Positions 9,639 to 18,408 of a DNA stretch of 41,843 nucleotides are shown piece after piece. Origin of the DNA: Lewinella sp. Its GTDB lineage: Bacteria > Bacteroidota > Bacteroidia > Chitinophagales > Saprospiraceae. The notes beneath the pieces are model-generated. The model had not been told where the DNA came from and did not search any database. It saw nothing but the letters and a program-made list of their open reading frames with translations. The translations under genes were made by a program, and so were the position numbers. Each line of letters opens with the position of its first letter. The stretch's first letter is position 1. The stretch spans positions 1-41,843 of the forward strand of contig JBGTHX010000339.1 in NCBI GenBank assembly GCA_041746055.1, written 5' to 3'.

Positions 9639-10547
9639 ATGAAATTCGGAAAGGTTCCCGATCCCGCCGCCGTAGAGTATCAGCTCCCCGTGGAGCCCCT
9701 GGCCAACCGCCGCCGCCTGGACCGCTACGAGCTCGGCGAGGGGGAAGGCCGGCCGCGCATCTACATTGGCGCCACCGGCTGGAGCATGAAGGAATGGGTG
9801 GGCCGCTGGTACCCGGAAAAGGCCCGCAGTGGTGACTTCCTGGAGCACTACGGGGAGCAGTTCAACACCATCGAGCTGAACACCACCCACTACCGCATTC
9901 CCACCCCGGACATGGTGCAGAAGTGGTACGAGAGCGTGCCCGCCGACTTCCGCTTCTGCCCCAAGGTACCACAGTTCATCAGCCACTCCGCCAACCTCGG
10001 CAAGGGAGACGAAGGACTACAAAAATTCGTGGGCGCGCTGGACGGTTTCCGGGAGAAACTGGGGTGCGCATTCATCCAGCTGCCTCCCTACTTCGGCGCC
10101 GACCGGCTGGAGGTGCTGCGTGATTTCCTGGGGCGGTGGCCGCAGGTGCTGGGGCTGGCCGTGGAAGCGCGGCACGAGAGCTGGTTCTCCGACCCCTTCG
10201 CCACCGAGGCCCTGATGGATGTGCTGGCCGCCCACCGGACCGCGGCGGTGATCACCGACGTGGCCGGGCGCCGCGACGTCCTGCACGGGTACGTGACCGC
10301 TCCCCGGACGATGGTTCGCTTCGTCGGCAACGGACTGATCGATAGCGACTTCGAGCGACTGGCCGACTGGGCCCGGAAGCTGCGGGAATGGAATCTGCCG
10401 GAAACGTTTATCTTTCCCCACGAACCTGACAACCTCCTGGCCCCCGATGCCGCCGCCTGGCTGGCCGAGCACCTGGCTACCCTGGACTACGCGGAAACCA
10501 GGGGGCCTGCTCCGGTGCAGGGCCCCGAGCAAATGCGGCTGTTTTAG
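9639..10547 (+). CDS. DUF72 (YecE-like) domain protein
   Basis: YIGATGW, FNTIELNTTHY, FRFCPKVPQFISH, FIQLPP and AVEARH motifs. Confidence 0.9.
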   Translation: MKFGKVPDPAAVEYQLPVEPLANRRRLDRYELGEGEGRPRIYIGATGWSMKEWVGRWYPEKARSGDFLEHYGEQFNTIELNTTHYRIPTPDMVQKWYESVPADFRFCPKVPQFISHSANLGKGDEGLQKFVGALDGFREKLGCAFIQLPPYFGADRLEVLRDFLGRWPQVLGLAVEARHESWFSDPFATEALMDVLAAHRTAAVITDVAGRRDVLHGYVTAPRTMVRFVGNGLIDSDFERLADWARKLREWNLPETFIFPHEPDNLLAPDAAAWLAEHLATLDYAETRGPAPVQGPEQMRLF

Positions 10548-10558
10548 TTTACCGAGCT

Positions 10559-12634
10559 ATGAAGAACGATTACCCGGTTATCCCCCGCGACATCAGCTGG
10601 CTTTCCTTCAACCACCGGGTACTGCAGGAAGCCAAGGATGAAAGCCTGCCCCTTTTCGAACGGCTTAAATTCCTGGCCATCTACAGCTCCAACCTGGATG
10701 AATTCTTCCGGGTGCGCATGGCCAACCACCGTAACCTGCTGCGGGTCAACAAGAAGACCAAGCGGGAGCTGGACATCAGCCCGAAGCAGACCGTCCGCAC
10801 CATCCAGCGCATCGTGAACCGGCAGCAGGAGGAGTTCAGCCGCATCTTCGAGAAGAAGATCATCCCCCAGTTGGCCAAGAACGGCATCTTCCTCAAGCGC
10901 CGTCTGGACATGACGGAGGAGGACAAGACCTTCGTCGAGAGCTACTTCCGGGAGTACATGCTCCCCTTCGTGCAGCCGGTGCTCCTTATCAAGGACATGG
11001 TGCGCCCCTTCCTCAACAATGCCCAGCTGTACCTCTCGATCCTGATGCGGGACAAGGCGAAGGGCCGCACCGCCTACGCCATCGTCAAGATCCCCAGCGA
11101 TCACCTGCCCCGCTTCATCGAGTTGCCGAGCAACGACGGTAGGCGCAACCTGATCATGCTGGACGACATCGTGCGGCACTCGGTGTCGTGGATGTTCCCC
11201 GGCTACGAGATCGACGACACCTTCAGCATCAAGCTGACCCGCGACGCGGAGCTCTACATCGACGACGAGTTCTCCGGTGACCTCCTGGCCAAGATCAAAA
11301 CGAGCCTCAACCGCCGTCACGTGGGGCCCGCCAGTCGCTTCGTCTACGACCGCACCATGCCGCCCCAACTACGCGAGTACCTGGAAGATACCTTCGAGCT
11401 CGACCGCTACGACATCCTGGCCGAAGGCCGCTACCACAACAACTTCGACTTCTTCTCCTTCCCCACTTTCGGGATGAGCAAGTTGCTCAATCCGCCGCAA
11501 CCTCCACTGCCCTACCCCGCCTTGGAGGAGGCGGAGGATTTCTGGGCTACCGTGCGCGCATCGGACCACCTGCTGCACTACCCCTACCACAGCTATGAGT
11601 CCGTGGTGCGCTTCTTCGAGCGGGCGGCGGAGGATCCGGCCGTCAGCCACATTAAGATCGTGCAGTACCGGGTGGCCCGCAAGTCGCGGATCATGCAGGC
11701 GCTGATGCGGGCCGTGACCCTGGGGAAGCAGGTCAGTGTGTTTATCGAGGTGAAGGCCCGCTTCGACGAGGAAGCCAACCTCCGGTGGGGGGAAAAACTC
11801 GAGCAGGCGGGGGTACACGTCCACTACAGCTTCCCGGGCGTGAAGGTGCACTCCAAGCTTGCGCTGGTCCGTCGGGTAGAGAATGGTAAAGAACACATCT
11901 ACAACTACTTATCTACCGGCAACTTCCACGAAGATACGGCTAAGATTTACAGCGATTTCGGGGTGTTTACCGGCGACGAGCGGATTACCAGCGAGGTATC
12001 CCGCATATTTAGTTTCCTGGAGAATGTCATGATCCCCGATCAGCCCTTCCAGCACCTGATGGTCGGACAGTTCAACCTCCGCAGCGGCCTAGAGGAACTG
12101 ATCGAGTTCGAGATCGCCGAGGCCCAGGCCGGCCGCACCGGTGCCATGACGCTGAAGATGAACAGCCTCCAGGACAAGTCGATGATCGACCTGCTGTACA
12201 AGGCCAGCCAGTCGGGCGTACTGATCAACCTCATCGTGCGCGGCATCTGCTGCCTGGTGCCCGGCCGCAAGGGCTACAGCGAGAACATTCACGGCATCAG
12301 CATCGTGGACCGCTACCTGGAGCACGCCCGCGTCTTCCACTTCCACCATGCCGGTGAGGAGAAGGTATACCTCTCCTCCGCTGACTTCATGACCCGCAAC
12401 CTCAGTCACCGGGTAGAAACCACCTTCCCCATCTACGACGAGGAGCTCAAGGACAAAATCCTGGAGATCCTGGATGTCCAGCTCGCCGACAACGTCAAGT
12501 CCCGCCTCCTCAGCGACCAGCAGGGCAACACCTACTACCGCGGGGGCAGCGACCTCTCGATCCGTAGCCAGGAAGAGACGTACCACTTGATCAAGCGTAC
12601 GTTGGTGGCTGAGCAAATGGAACTGGAGGAGTAA
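10559..12634 (+). CDS. ppk1: Polyphosphate kinase 1
   Basis: RDISWLSFNHRVLQEA, SSNLDEFFRVR, LLHYPYHSY, KARFDEEAN, KVHSK, STGNF, DRYLEHAR and SADFMTRN. Confidence 0.97.
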   Translation: MKNDYPVIPRDISWLSFNHRVLQEAKDESLPLFERLKFLAIYSSNLDEFFRVRMANHRNLLRVNKKTKRELDISPKQTVRTIQRIVNRQQEEFSRIFEKKIIPQLAKNGIFLKRRLDMTEEDKTFVESYFREYMLPFVQPVLLIKDMVRPFLNNAQLYLSILMRDKAKGRTAYAIVKIPSDHLPRFIELPSNDGRRNLIMLDDIVRHSVSWMFPGYEIDDTFSIKLTRDAELYIDDEFSGDLLAKIKTSLNRRHVGPASRFVYDRTMPPQLREYLEDTFELDRYDILAEGRYHNNFDFFSFPTFGMSKLLNPPQPPLPYPALEEAEDFWATVRASDHLLHYPYHSYESVVRFFERAAEDPAVSHIKIVQYRVARKSRIMQALMRAVTLGKQVSVFIEVKARFDEEANLRWGEKLEQAGVHVHYSFPGVKVHSKLALVRRVENGKEHIYNYLSTGNFHEDTAKIYSDFGVFTGDERITSEVSRIFSFLENVMIPDQPFQHLMVGQFNLRSGLEELIEFEIAEAQAGRTGAMTLKMNSLQDKSMIDLLYKASQSGVLINLIVRGICCLVPGRKGYSENIHGISIVDRYLEHARVFHFHHAGEEKVYLSSADFMTRNLSHRVETTFPIYDEELKDKILEILDVQLADNVKSRLLSDQQGNTYYRGGSDLSIRSQEETYHLIKRTLVAEQMELEE

Positions 12635-12642
12635 GGAATACG

Positions 12643-13692
12643 CTAGCGCGCGTGTATCGTCCCGGCCCGATCGCGTAACGGCGAGCCGGTTCGCTCGCGG
12701 AACACGCTGATGATCTCCGCGACGACCGAGACGGAAATCTCCTCGGGGGTTTCCGCGCCGATGTCCAGGCCAATGGGACTGTGGAGGCGATCGTAGCCCA
12801 ATAGATCCAGGCCGCTTTCCGTGCGGAGCTCGCCGTCCATTTTGGTGGTGCGCTTGCGGGGACCGAGCAGCCCGAGGTAGCGTGGGCCACGGGGTAGAAA
12901 CAATTCTACCATCTGCTTATCGCGGTAGAAGTCGTGCGACATGCAGGCTATGCCGGTGTAGTCGTCCAGGGACAGGGTGGCCGCCTGGCTGTAATCGTAT
13001 AACGCATCGGCCGCGGCTCCTAGCTCGCTGTTAAATTTGCGGCGGGTGCCGATGACGCTGGTGCGCCAGCCGAGGTGGCGGACGGTCGTAACCAGGGGAA
13101 GTATGTCGTAATTATCGCCCACGACGATCAGGTGCAGCTCGGGGCGCAGGCGCTCGTATAGGTGCTGCCAGGTCCTCCCGGCTTGGTCCGTGTGGTCCAC
13201 GACGGTACTGCGGCCGTAGCGCAACGCCACTTCATCGGGGGGTACCTCGCGCAACCGCCCGTCCAGCCGCTCCCCCGCGGGGGCGGTGACCGTCTGCCGG
13301 AGGATAACCGGTTCGCGGATGTCCTTCCGGGCACGAAGGACCTCGACCTGGTTGTCCGGATCAGCGTAATCCAGCGGGACGAATAGCACTTCGATGCGGC
13401 CGTTGCAGCCGAGCCCGATGCCGATCTCGCGGTCTTCGCCGTCGAGGGTATCGTAGATGCGTTTGGAGGGACGATGCTGGTGAATGGCCTGCTGCGCCCG
13501 CCGCAGCGCATCTCCTTCCAGGCAGCCTCCGCTGATGCCTCCGGTGTAGCGTCCGTCGGCCCCCACCAGCAGACGGGCGCCGATGCGCCGGTACGAAGAT
13601 CCTTCCACAGCCACCACCGTGGCCAGGGCGCAGGGCGTAGCCTGTCCGTGCAGCTGGTCGTACAGGGTGATGATGTTACGAATCTCCTTCAT
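12643..13692 (-). CDS. xdhC: XdhC/CoxI family molybdoenzyme maturation factor
   Basis: ALATVVAVEGSSYRRIGAR, ISGGCLEGD, GLGCNG, YLGLLGPRKR and PIGLDIGAETPEEI; start at ATG 13692. Confidence 0.9.
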   Translation of the reverse strand: MKEIRNIITLYDQLHGQATPCALATVVAVEGSSYRRIGARLLVGADGRYTGGISGGCLEGDALRRAQQAIHQHRPSKRIYDTLDGEDREIGIGLGCNGRIEVLFVPLDYADPDNQVEVLRARKDIREPVILRQTVTAPAGERLDGRLREVPPDEVALRYGRSTVVDHTDQAGRTWQHLYERLRPELHLIVVGDNYDILPLVTTVRHLGWRTSVIGTRRKFNSELGAAADALYDYSQAATLSLDDYTGIACMSHDFYRDKQMVELFLPRGPRYLGLLGPRKRTTKMDGELRTESGLDLLGYDRLHSPIGLDIGAETPEEISVSVVAEIISVFRERTGSPLRDRAGTIHAR

Positions 13693-14269
13693 GGCGGCGG
13701 TAGTCCTCGGGGGTGTCGATGTCAAACAGCTCGAAGGGCGGTTGGATTAATCGGACGTCAGCGCCCCCGCTATTGAGCAGTTTCCCGGCACCTGCGTCCC
13801 CGCCCAAGGTAAGTAGGTCGGGAAAGTAGCGGGCCGGGAAGACGGCCGGCACGCCGGCATGGACCGGATAGCGCGTGGCCACGATACCGTCCCAGCGGCG
13901 GGCCTCGCCGATGAGTACCTCGAGATAAGAGGTGGTAACGGCCGGCTGGTCGGCCAGCTGGATCAGGATGTGTGAATAAAGCTCCGCATCACCACCGGCC
14001 AGGATACCTCTCACTCCAGCTGCCAGAGAACTACCTAGTCCTTCGGCAAAACCAGGGTGGTAAATATTCTTGATTGACAGGCCGCTAAGCCGATCAGTCA
14101 CTTCCTGCGCCGAGGCACCAACTACGGCGAAAACCCCGGCGTCAGCCACGTTGACCGCCTGCTCCGCCGCGTGGCGCACGAGCGTGGCCCCCCGCCACGG
14201 CAGCAGCTGCTTGGGGAGGCCCATACGCGCCGATTTTCCGGCCGCGAGCAAAAGGATAGCGGCGCGCAC
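13676..14269 (-). CDS. Nucleotidyltransferase, MocA-like (molybdenum cofactor cytidylyltransferase family)
   Basis: LLAAGKSARMGLPKQLL, LADQP, GDAGA and DIDTPEDY; GTG start abuts the upstream stop; 3' end overlaps the xdhC start. Confidence 0.88.
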   Translation of the reverse strand: MRAAILLLAAGKSARMGLPKQLLPWRGATLVRHAAEQAVNVADAGVFAVVGASAQEVTDRLSGLSIKNIYHPGFAEGLGSSLAAGVRGILAGGDAELYSHILIQLADQPAVTTSYLEVLIGEARRWDGIVATRYPVHAGVPAVFPARYFPDLLTLGGDAGAGKLLNSGGADVRLIQPPFELFDIDTPEDYRRHEGDS

Positions 14270-14833
14270 CTAGCGCGGGATGATGATCTCGGTCACCTGA
14301 GTATCGTCGGGCACTTCGGGAAGCGGTCCGAAGGAATCGGGCCGGTAGAATTCCAGTTGGTAAGACATCCCATCGGTGGAAGCGAGAATGGCATTCCCGT
14401 AGATCGCCTCGGAATACGTCAGCTTTCCCAGCCGCTCCTTCAGCTCACCGTGGGTAACACCGACTCGAATGCCATTGGTAGTGACCACGTCGGGGGACTT
14501 GATGTGAATATCGCCGATCAGTTCATCGCCCGGCTTCAGCAGGAGGTAGCCGAGCGTGTCGTTGCGATCGCCGTGGATGTAGTAGAGGTGGGCCTCGCCG
14601 TCGCCGGTATCCATGATGCCCTCGTCGATCAGGTACTTACTCGCCGCCACCGGCGCGCCGGGGGTCAGGTCGAGAAAGGAGCGTGCGTCGATCTCGTAGG
14701 GATCGTCGGGGTCGACGTCGTAGATGGCGGTATTGCCCGCATTAGGATTTTCCACGGGCCGGGTTTCGGGGGTGGTGGGCGGTGCATCCGAGCAGGCGGC
14801 CAGGAAGAGCAGAAGGGGGAACAGGTTTCGCAT
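14270..14833 (-). CDS. Hypothetical lipoprotein
   Basis: Lipobox LAAC after a hydrophobic leader; translationally coupled to the MocA-like gene. Confidence 0.75.
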   Translation of the reverse strand: MRNLFPLLLFLAACSDAPPTTPETRPVENPNAGNTAIYDVDPDDPYEIDARSFLDLTPGAPVAASKYLIDEGIMDTGDGEAHLYYIHGDRNDTLGYLLLKPGDELIGDIHIKSPDVVTTNGIRVGVTHGELKERLGKLTYSEAIYGNAILASTDGMSYQLEFYRPDSFGPLPEVPDDTQVTEIIIPR

Positions 14834-14916
14834 CAGCAGAGAATTGCAGTAAAGTTACCGTTCCGGTACCGAGGAAGTCCCGGCCCGGCGGATATTTGCG
14901 CCCCACCCGACCCACC

Positions 14917-15774
14917 ATGAACCAACTTCCCAAGCTCTCCGCGGCCGATTTCCTCTTCATCGTCCTTGGCGTAGGGCTGGCCGCCTTCGGGCTGGAAGGC
15001 TTCCTGTTACCAAACCAGTTCATCGACGGCGGCGTCACCGGGGTGTGCCTGCTGGTTTCTCAACTCACCGGCATCCCGCTGCCCCTCCTGCTGGTGATCA
15101 TCAACCTGCCCTTCCTATACCTGGCCGACCACGTGATCGGACGCACCTTCGCCATCAAGACCGCGGGGGCAATCGGGTTGCTGGCGCTGAGCATCTACTT
15201 CATACACTTTCCCCAACTCACGAACGATACGCTGCTGGTGTCGGTGTTCGGGGGCTTCTTCCTGGGCACGGGGATCGGACTGTCGATGCGCGGGGGCAGC
15301 GTACTCGACGGTACCGAGGTGCTGGCGATCTACCTGAGCCGCCGGATCGGGGCTAAGGTGAGCGACTGGGTGATCCTGATCAACGTGGCCATCTTCTGCT
15401 CGGCGGCCCTGCTTCTGTCTGTCGAGCAGGCCCTGTACAGCGTGCTGACGTACTTCGTGGCCTCTAAGGCGCTGGACTTCATCATCGATGGCGTCGAGGA
15501 GTACACCGGCGTCTTCGTGATAAGCCCGCTCAACGACGCCATACGCGACGCGCTGATCAACCAGGTCGGATGCGGCGTGACCCAATTGCGGGGACAGGGC
15601 GGTTACGGGGCACCGACGGACCGGCCCGAGCGGCAGGTGCTGTATGTGGTCATCACCCGCCTGGAGATCCACCGGACCATGAGGGTGATCCGCGACATTG
15701 ACGAGCGGGCCTTCGTGACGATGAACAGCATCAACGACGTACACGGAGGAATGGTGAAGCGCCGCAAGATTTAG
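14917..15774 (+). CDS. YitT family membrane protein (DUF161/DUF2179)
   Basis: FLLPNQFIDGGVTG, GGSVLDGTE and C-terminal IDERAF; ATG 14917. Confidence 0.9.
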   Translation: MNQLPKLSAADFLFIVLGVGLAAFGLEGFLLPNQFIDGGVTGVCLLVSQLTGIPLPLLLVIINLPFLYLADHVIGRTFAIKTAGAIGLLALSIYFIHFPQLTNDTLLVSVFGGFFLGTGIGLSMRGGSVLDGTEVLAIYLSRRIGAKVSDWVILINVAIFCSAALLLSVEQALYSVLTYFVASKALDFIIDGVEEYTGVFVISPLNDAIRDALINQVGCGVTQLRGQGGYGAPTDRPERQVLYVVITRLEIHRTMRVIRDIDERAFVTMNSINDVHGGMVKRRKI

Positions 15775-15792
15775 CCGGCAAGCGGGGTGGCG

Positions 15793-15800
15793 TACCTTGC
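15793..15800 (+). promoter_or_regulatory. Variant -7 box (TACCTTGC) for the GH5-like gene
   Basis: Similar variants precede other starts (TACCTTGG at about 25019; TACCTTCG at 38373-38380 on the minus strand). Confidence 0.45.
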
Positions 15801-15829
15801 ACACCCCCCCTATTAACCGACCGACGACC

Positions 15830-18406
15830 ATGCTCCTGCGCTCCACCCTTTTGCTGCTTCTCTACGCCCTCACGGCAAACCTGTGGGGCCAATCCGCGCC
15901 GGAACCGGACCACGGTCCCGCCTACGTAGACGAGCAGGGCGTCATCCGCTGGTCGGGTTCCGACGCCGAAGTGTACGGCTTTGGCGTCAACTACACCACC
16001 CCCTTCGCCCATGCCTACCGTTCCGCCCGGCGCCTGGGAGTAGACCCGCTGGCGGCCATCGACCGCGACGTATACCACTTCGCGCGGATGGGTTTCGACC
16101 TGTACCGGGTGCACGTGTGGGATACGGAGATCAGCGATACGCTCGGCAACCTCCTCTTCAACGAGCACCTGAATGCGGTCGACTACCTGCTTGCGGAGCT
16201 GGGTAAGCGCGACTTCAACTACGTACTCACGCCCATCGCCTACTGGGGCAACGGCTGGCCCGAGCCGGACGGCGACACCCCCGGCTTTTCGGCCCGCTAC
16301 GGCAAGGGCGGCAGCCTGACGAACGAGGCCGCCATTCGCGCCCAGGAGCGTTACCTGGAGCAATTCATGAACCACGTCAACCCCTACACCGGCGTGGCCT
16401 TCAAAGACGATCCGCGCCTGATTGCCGTGGAAGTCAGCAATGAGCCCCACCACCGGGGCACGCCCGGGGAGGTGACCGATTTCGTGACCCGTATGGTGGC
16501 GGCAATCCGAAGTAGCGGGACGGACAAACCCGTTTTCTACAACATCACCCACAGCGTACAGCGGGTGCCGGACTACTTTGCCGGCGGTATCGATGGTGGA
16601 ACCTTCCAGTGGTATCCGGCGGGACTGACCTATCAGCGGGCCCTTCCCGTAAATGCTCTCCCGCTGGTAGACGACTACGCCATCCCCTTCGATGACGTGG
16701 TCCGGGCCAACGGAGGGGCCAAGATCGTCTACGAGTTCGACCCGGCCGACCTTGATCACGCCTACCCCTACCCCGCCATGGCGCGCTCCTTCCGCACCGC
16801 GGGCATCCAGCTGGCCACGCAGTTTGCCTACGACCCCACCTTCCTGGCCTACGCCAACACAGAGTACAATACCCACTACATGAACCTGGCCTACACCCCG
16901 CAGAAGGCCCTCGGTCTCATGATCGCCGGCGAGGTGTTCCACCGGGTACCGCGCTACGCCGACTTCGGCAGCTACCCCGCCGACACCAGCTTCGGCGACT
17001 TCACGGTGAGCTACAACCGCGACCTGGCCCTACTGAATGCCGCCGACACCTACTACTACTCTAACGATGTCACGGTCGCGCCGCGGTCCCCCGACTCGCT
17101 GCGGCACCTGGCGGGTTACGGACACTCTCCGGTGGTGGAGTACGATGGTACGGGGGCCTACTTCCTCGACCGATTGGACGCCACTACCTGGCGGCTGGAG
17201 GTGATGCCCGATGCCCTGCGCGTGGACAATGCCTACGGCCGGAACAGCCCGCGCAAGACCGTGACCGTGCTGCAGGAGAACACCCGGCGGATGCGGGTCA
17301 GCCTGCCGGGACTCGGTACCTCCTTCAACGCGAGGCCCGTCAGTACCGGGAACACGTTCACCTCCACCGTCGACCGCGGAGCATTCACGGTACGGCCCGG
17401 GGTGTATCTACTCTCCACGGCGAGCGACAACGGGAAATGGACGGCCGCCACCTCCCTCGGAAATCGCATGCTGGGAGAGTACGGCGGCCCGGCCGGCACC
17501 GTGGATCGCACCTACCTTATTCACACGCCACCGAAGGTGGTTACCGCGGACCGCGACCTCCGGCTGGCCGTCCACATAGCTACGCCCCACGATTCCACGG
17601 CCGTGGTGCGGCTGGTGGCTCCGGGCGGACCGCCCATTGAGATGACGCCCGGCCGCGGCTTCACCTACTCCGCCACCCTGCCCGCCGATCGGGTGAAATC
17701 CGGAACGCTTGCTTATTACCTCACGGTCACCACCCGAGACAGCGTGCGCACCTTCCCCGCCGATCTGGCCGGAGCGCCCTACGACTGGGACTTCTACCGG
17801 CAAGAGCCCTATCACGTGCGGGTGATTCCCGCCGGCTTCCCCCTGCGACTATTTGAAGCGGGTACCGACCGGGACAGTCTTTCCCTATCCCGCTGGCTAC
17901 CCAGTCTGGATCTTCAGCCGGTCGGGCCGGGGGGCAAGCAGGAGTTCCGGGTGACGGTGGAGGAACTGGCGGTCCGTGACGCGGAGAACTCGGAGGCGGA
18001 GCCGCTTCCCGATTACACCATTACCCACTTCGTGGCGGGACGTATCCCTCAATCTACGGAGGCGTACCGGTCGCTGGTGTTGGAGGCACGGTCACTGACC
18101 GACCGCCCGGAAACAGTTCAAATCGGTCTGGTACTCGACGACGGTACCACCTACGCCACGCAGGTAAGCCTAACCCCCGCGCTGGAGGAGCACGTCATCG
18201 ACCTCAGTGACCTTCACGTAGTGCCTACCGTCACGATGCCGAGGCCCTACCCTTCCTTCCTGCCGTACTTCTTCGAGAGCGCTGACCCTATCCCCTTTGA
18301 CCTGAAGAGGGTGCAGTGCTTACAGCTGCGGCTTGGACCCGGCTTAACTGCCCGGGAGCGGGCGCGCGGCCACGGTCTTGGGGTCACCCACATTGATCTT
18401 CAGTAA
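15830..18406 (+). CDS. Secreted clan GH-A (GH5-like) glycoside hydrolase with long C-terminal accessory region
   Basis: Signal peptide; FGVNY, HVNPYTG, EVSNEP (acid/base) and IVYEFD (nucleophile). Confidence 0.75.
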   Translation: MLLRSTLLLLLYALTANLWGQSAPEPDHGPAYVDEQGVIRWSGSDAEVYGFGVNYTTPFAHAYRSARRLGVDPLAAIDRDVYHFARMGFDLYRVHVWDTEISDTLGNLLFNEHLNAVDYLLAELGKRDFNYVLTPIAYWGNGWPEPDGDTPGFSARYGKGGSLTNEAAIRAQERYLEQFMNHVNPYTGVAFKDDPRLIAVEVSNEPHHRGTPGEVTDFVTRMVAAIRSSGTDKPVFYNITHSVQRVPDYFAGGIDGGTFQWYPAGLTYQRALPVNALPLVDDYAIPFDDVVRANGGAKIVYEFDPADLDHAYPYPAMARSFRTAGIQLATQFAYDPTFLAYANTEYNTHYMNLAYTPQKALGLMIAGEVFHRVPRYADFGSYPADTSFGDFTVSYNRDLALLNAADTYYYSNDVTVAPRSPDSLRHLAGYGHSPVVEYDGTGAYFLDRLDATTWRLEVMPDALRVDNAYGRNSPRKTVTVLQENTRRMRVSLPGLGTSFNARPVSTGNTFTSTVDRGAFTVRPGVYLLSTASDNGKWTAATSLGNRMLGEYGGPAGTVDRTYLIHTPPKVVTADRDLRLAVHIATPHDSTAVVRLVAPGGPPIEMTPGRGFTYSATLPADRVKSGTLAYYLTVTTRDSVRTFPADLAGAPYDWDFYRQEPYHVRVIPAGFPLRLFEAGTDRDSLSLSRWLPSLDLQPVGPGGKQEFRVTVEELAVRDAENSEAEPLPDYTITHFVAGRIPQSTEAYRSLVLEARSLTDRPETVQIGLVLDDGTTYATQVSLTPALEEHVIDLSDLHVVPTVTMPRPYPSFLPYFFESADPIPFDLKRVQCLQLRLGPGLTARERARGHGLGVTHIDLQ

Positions 18407-18408
18407 TA

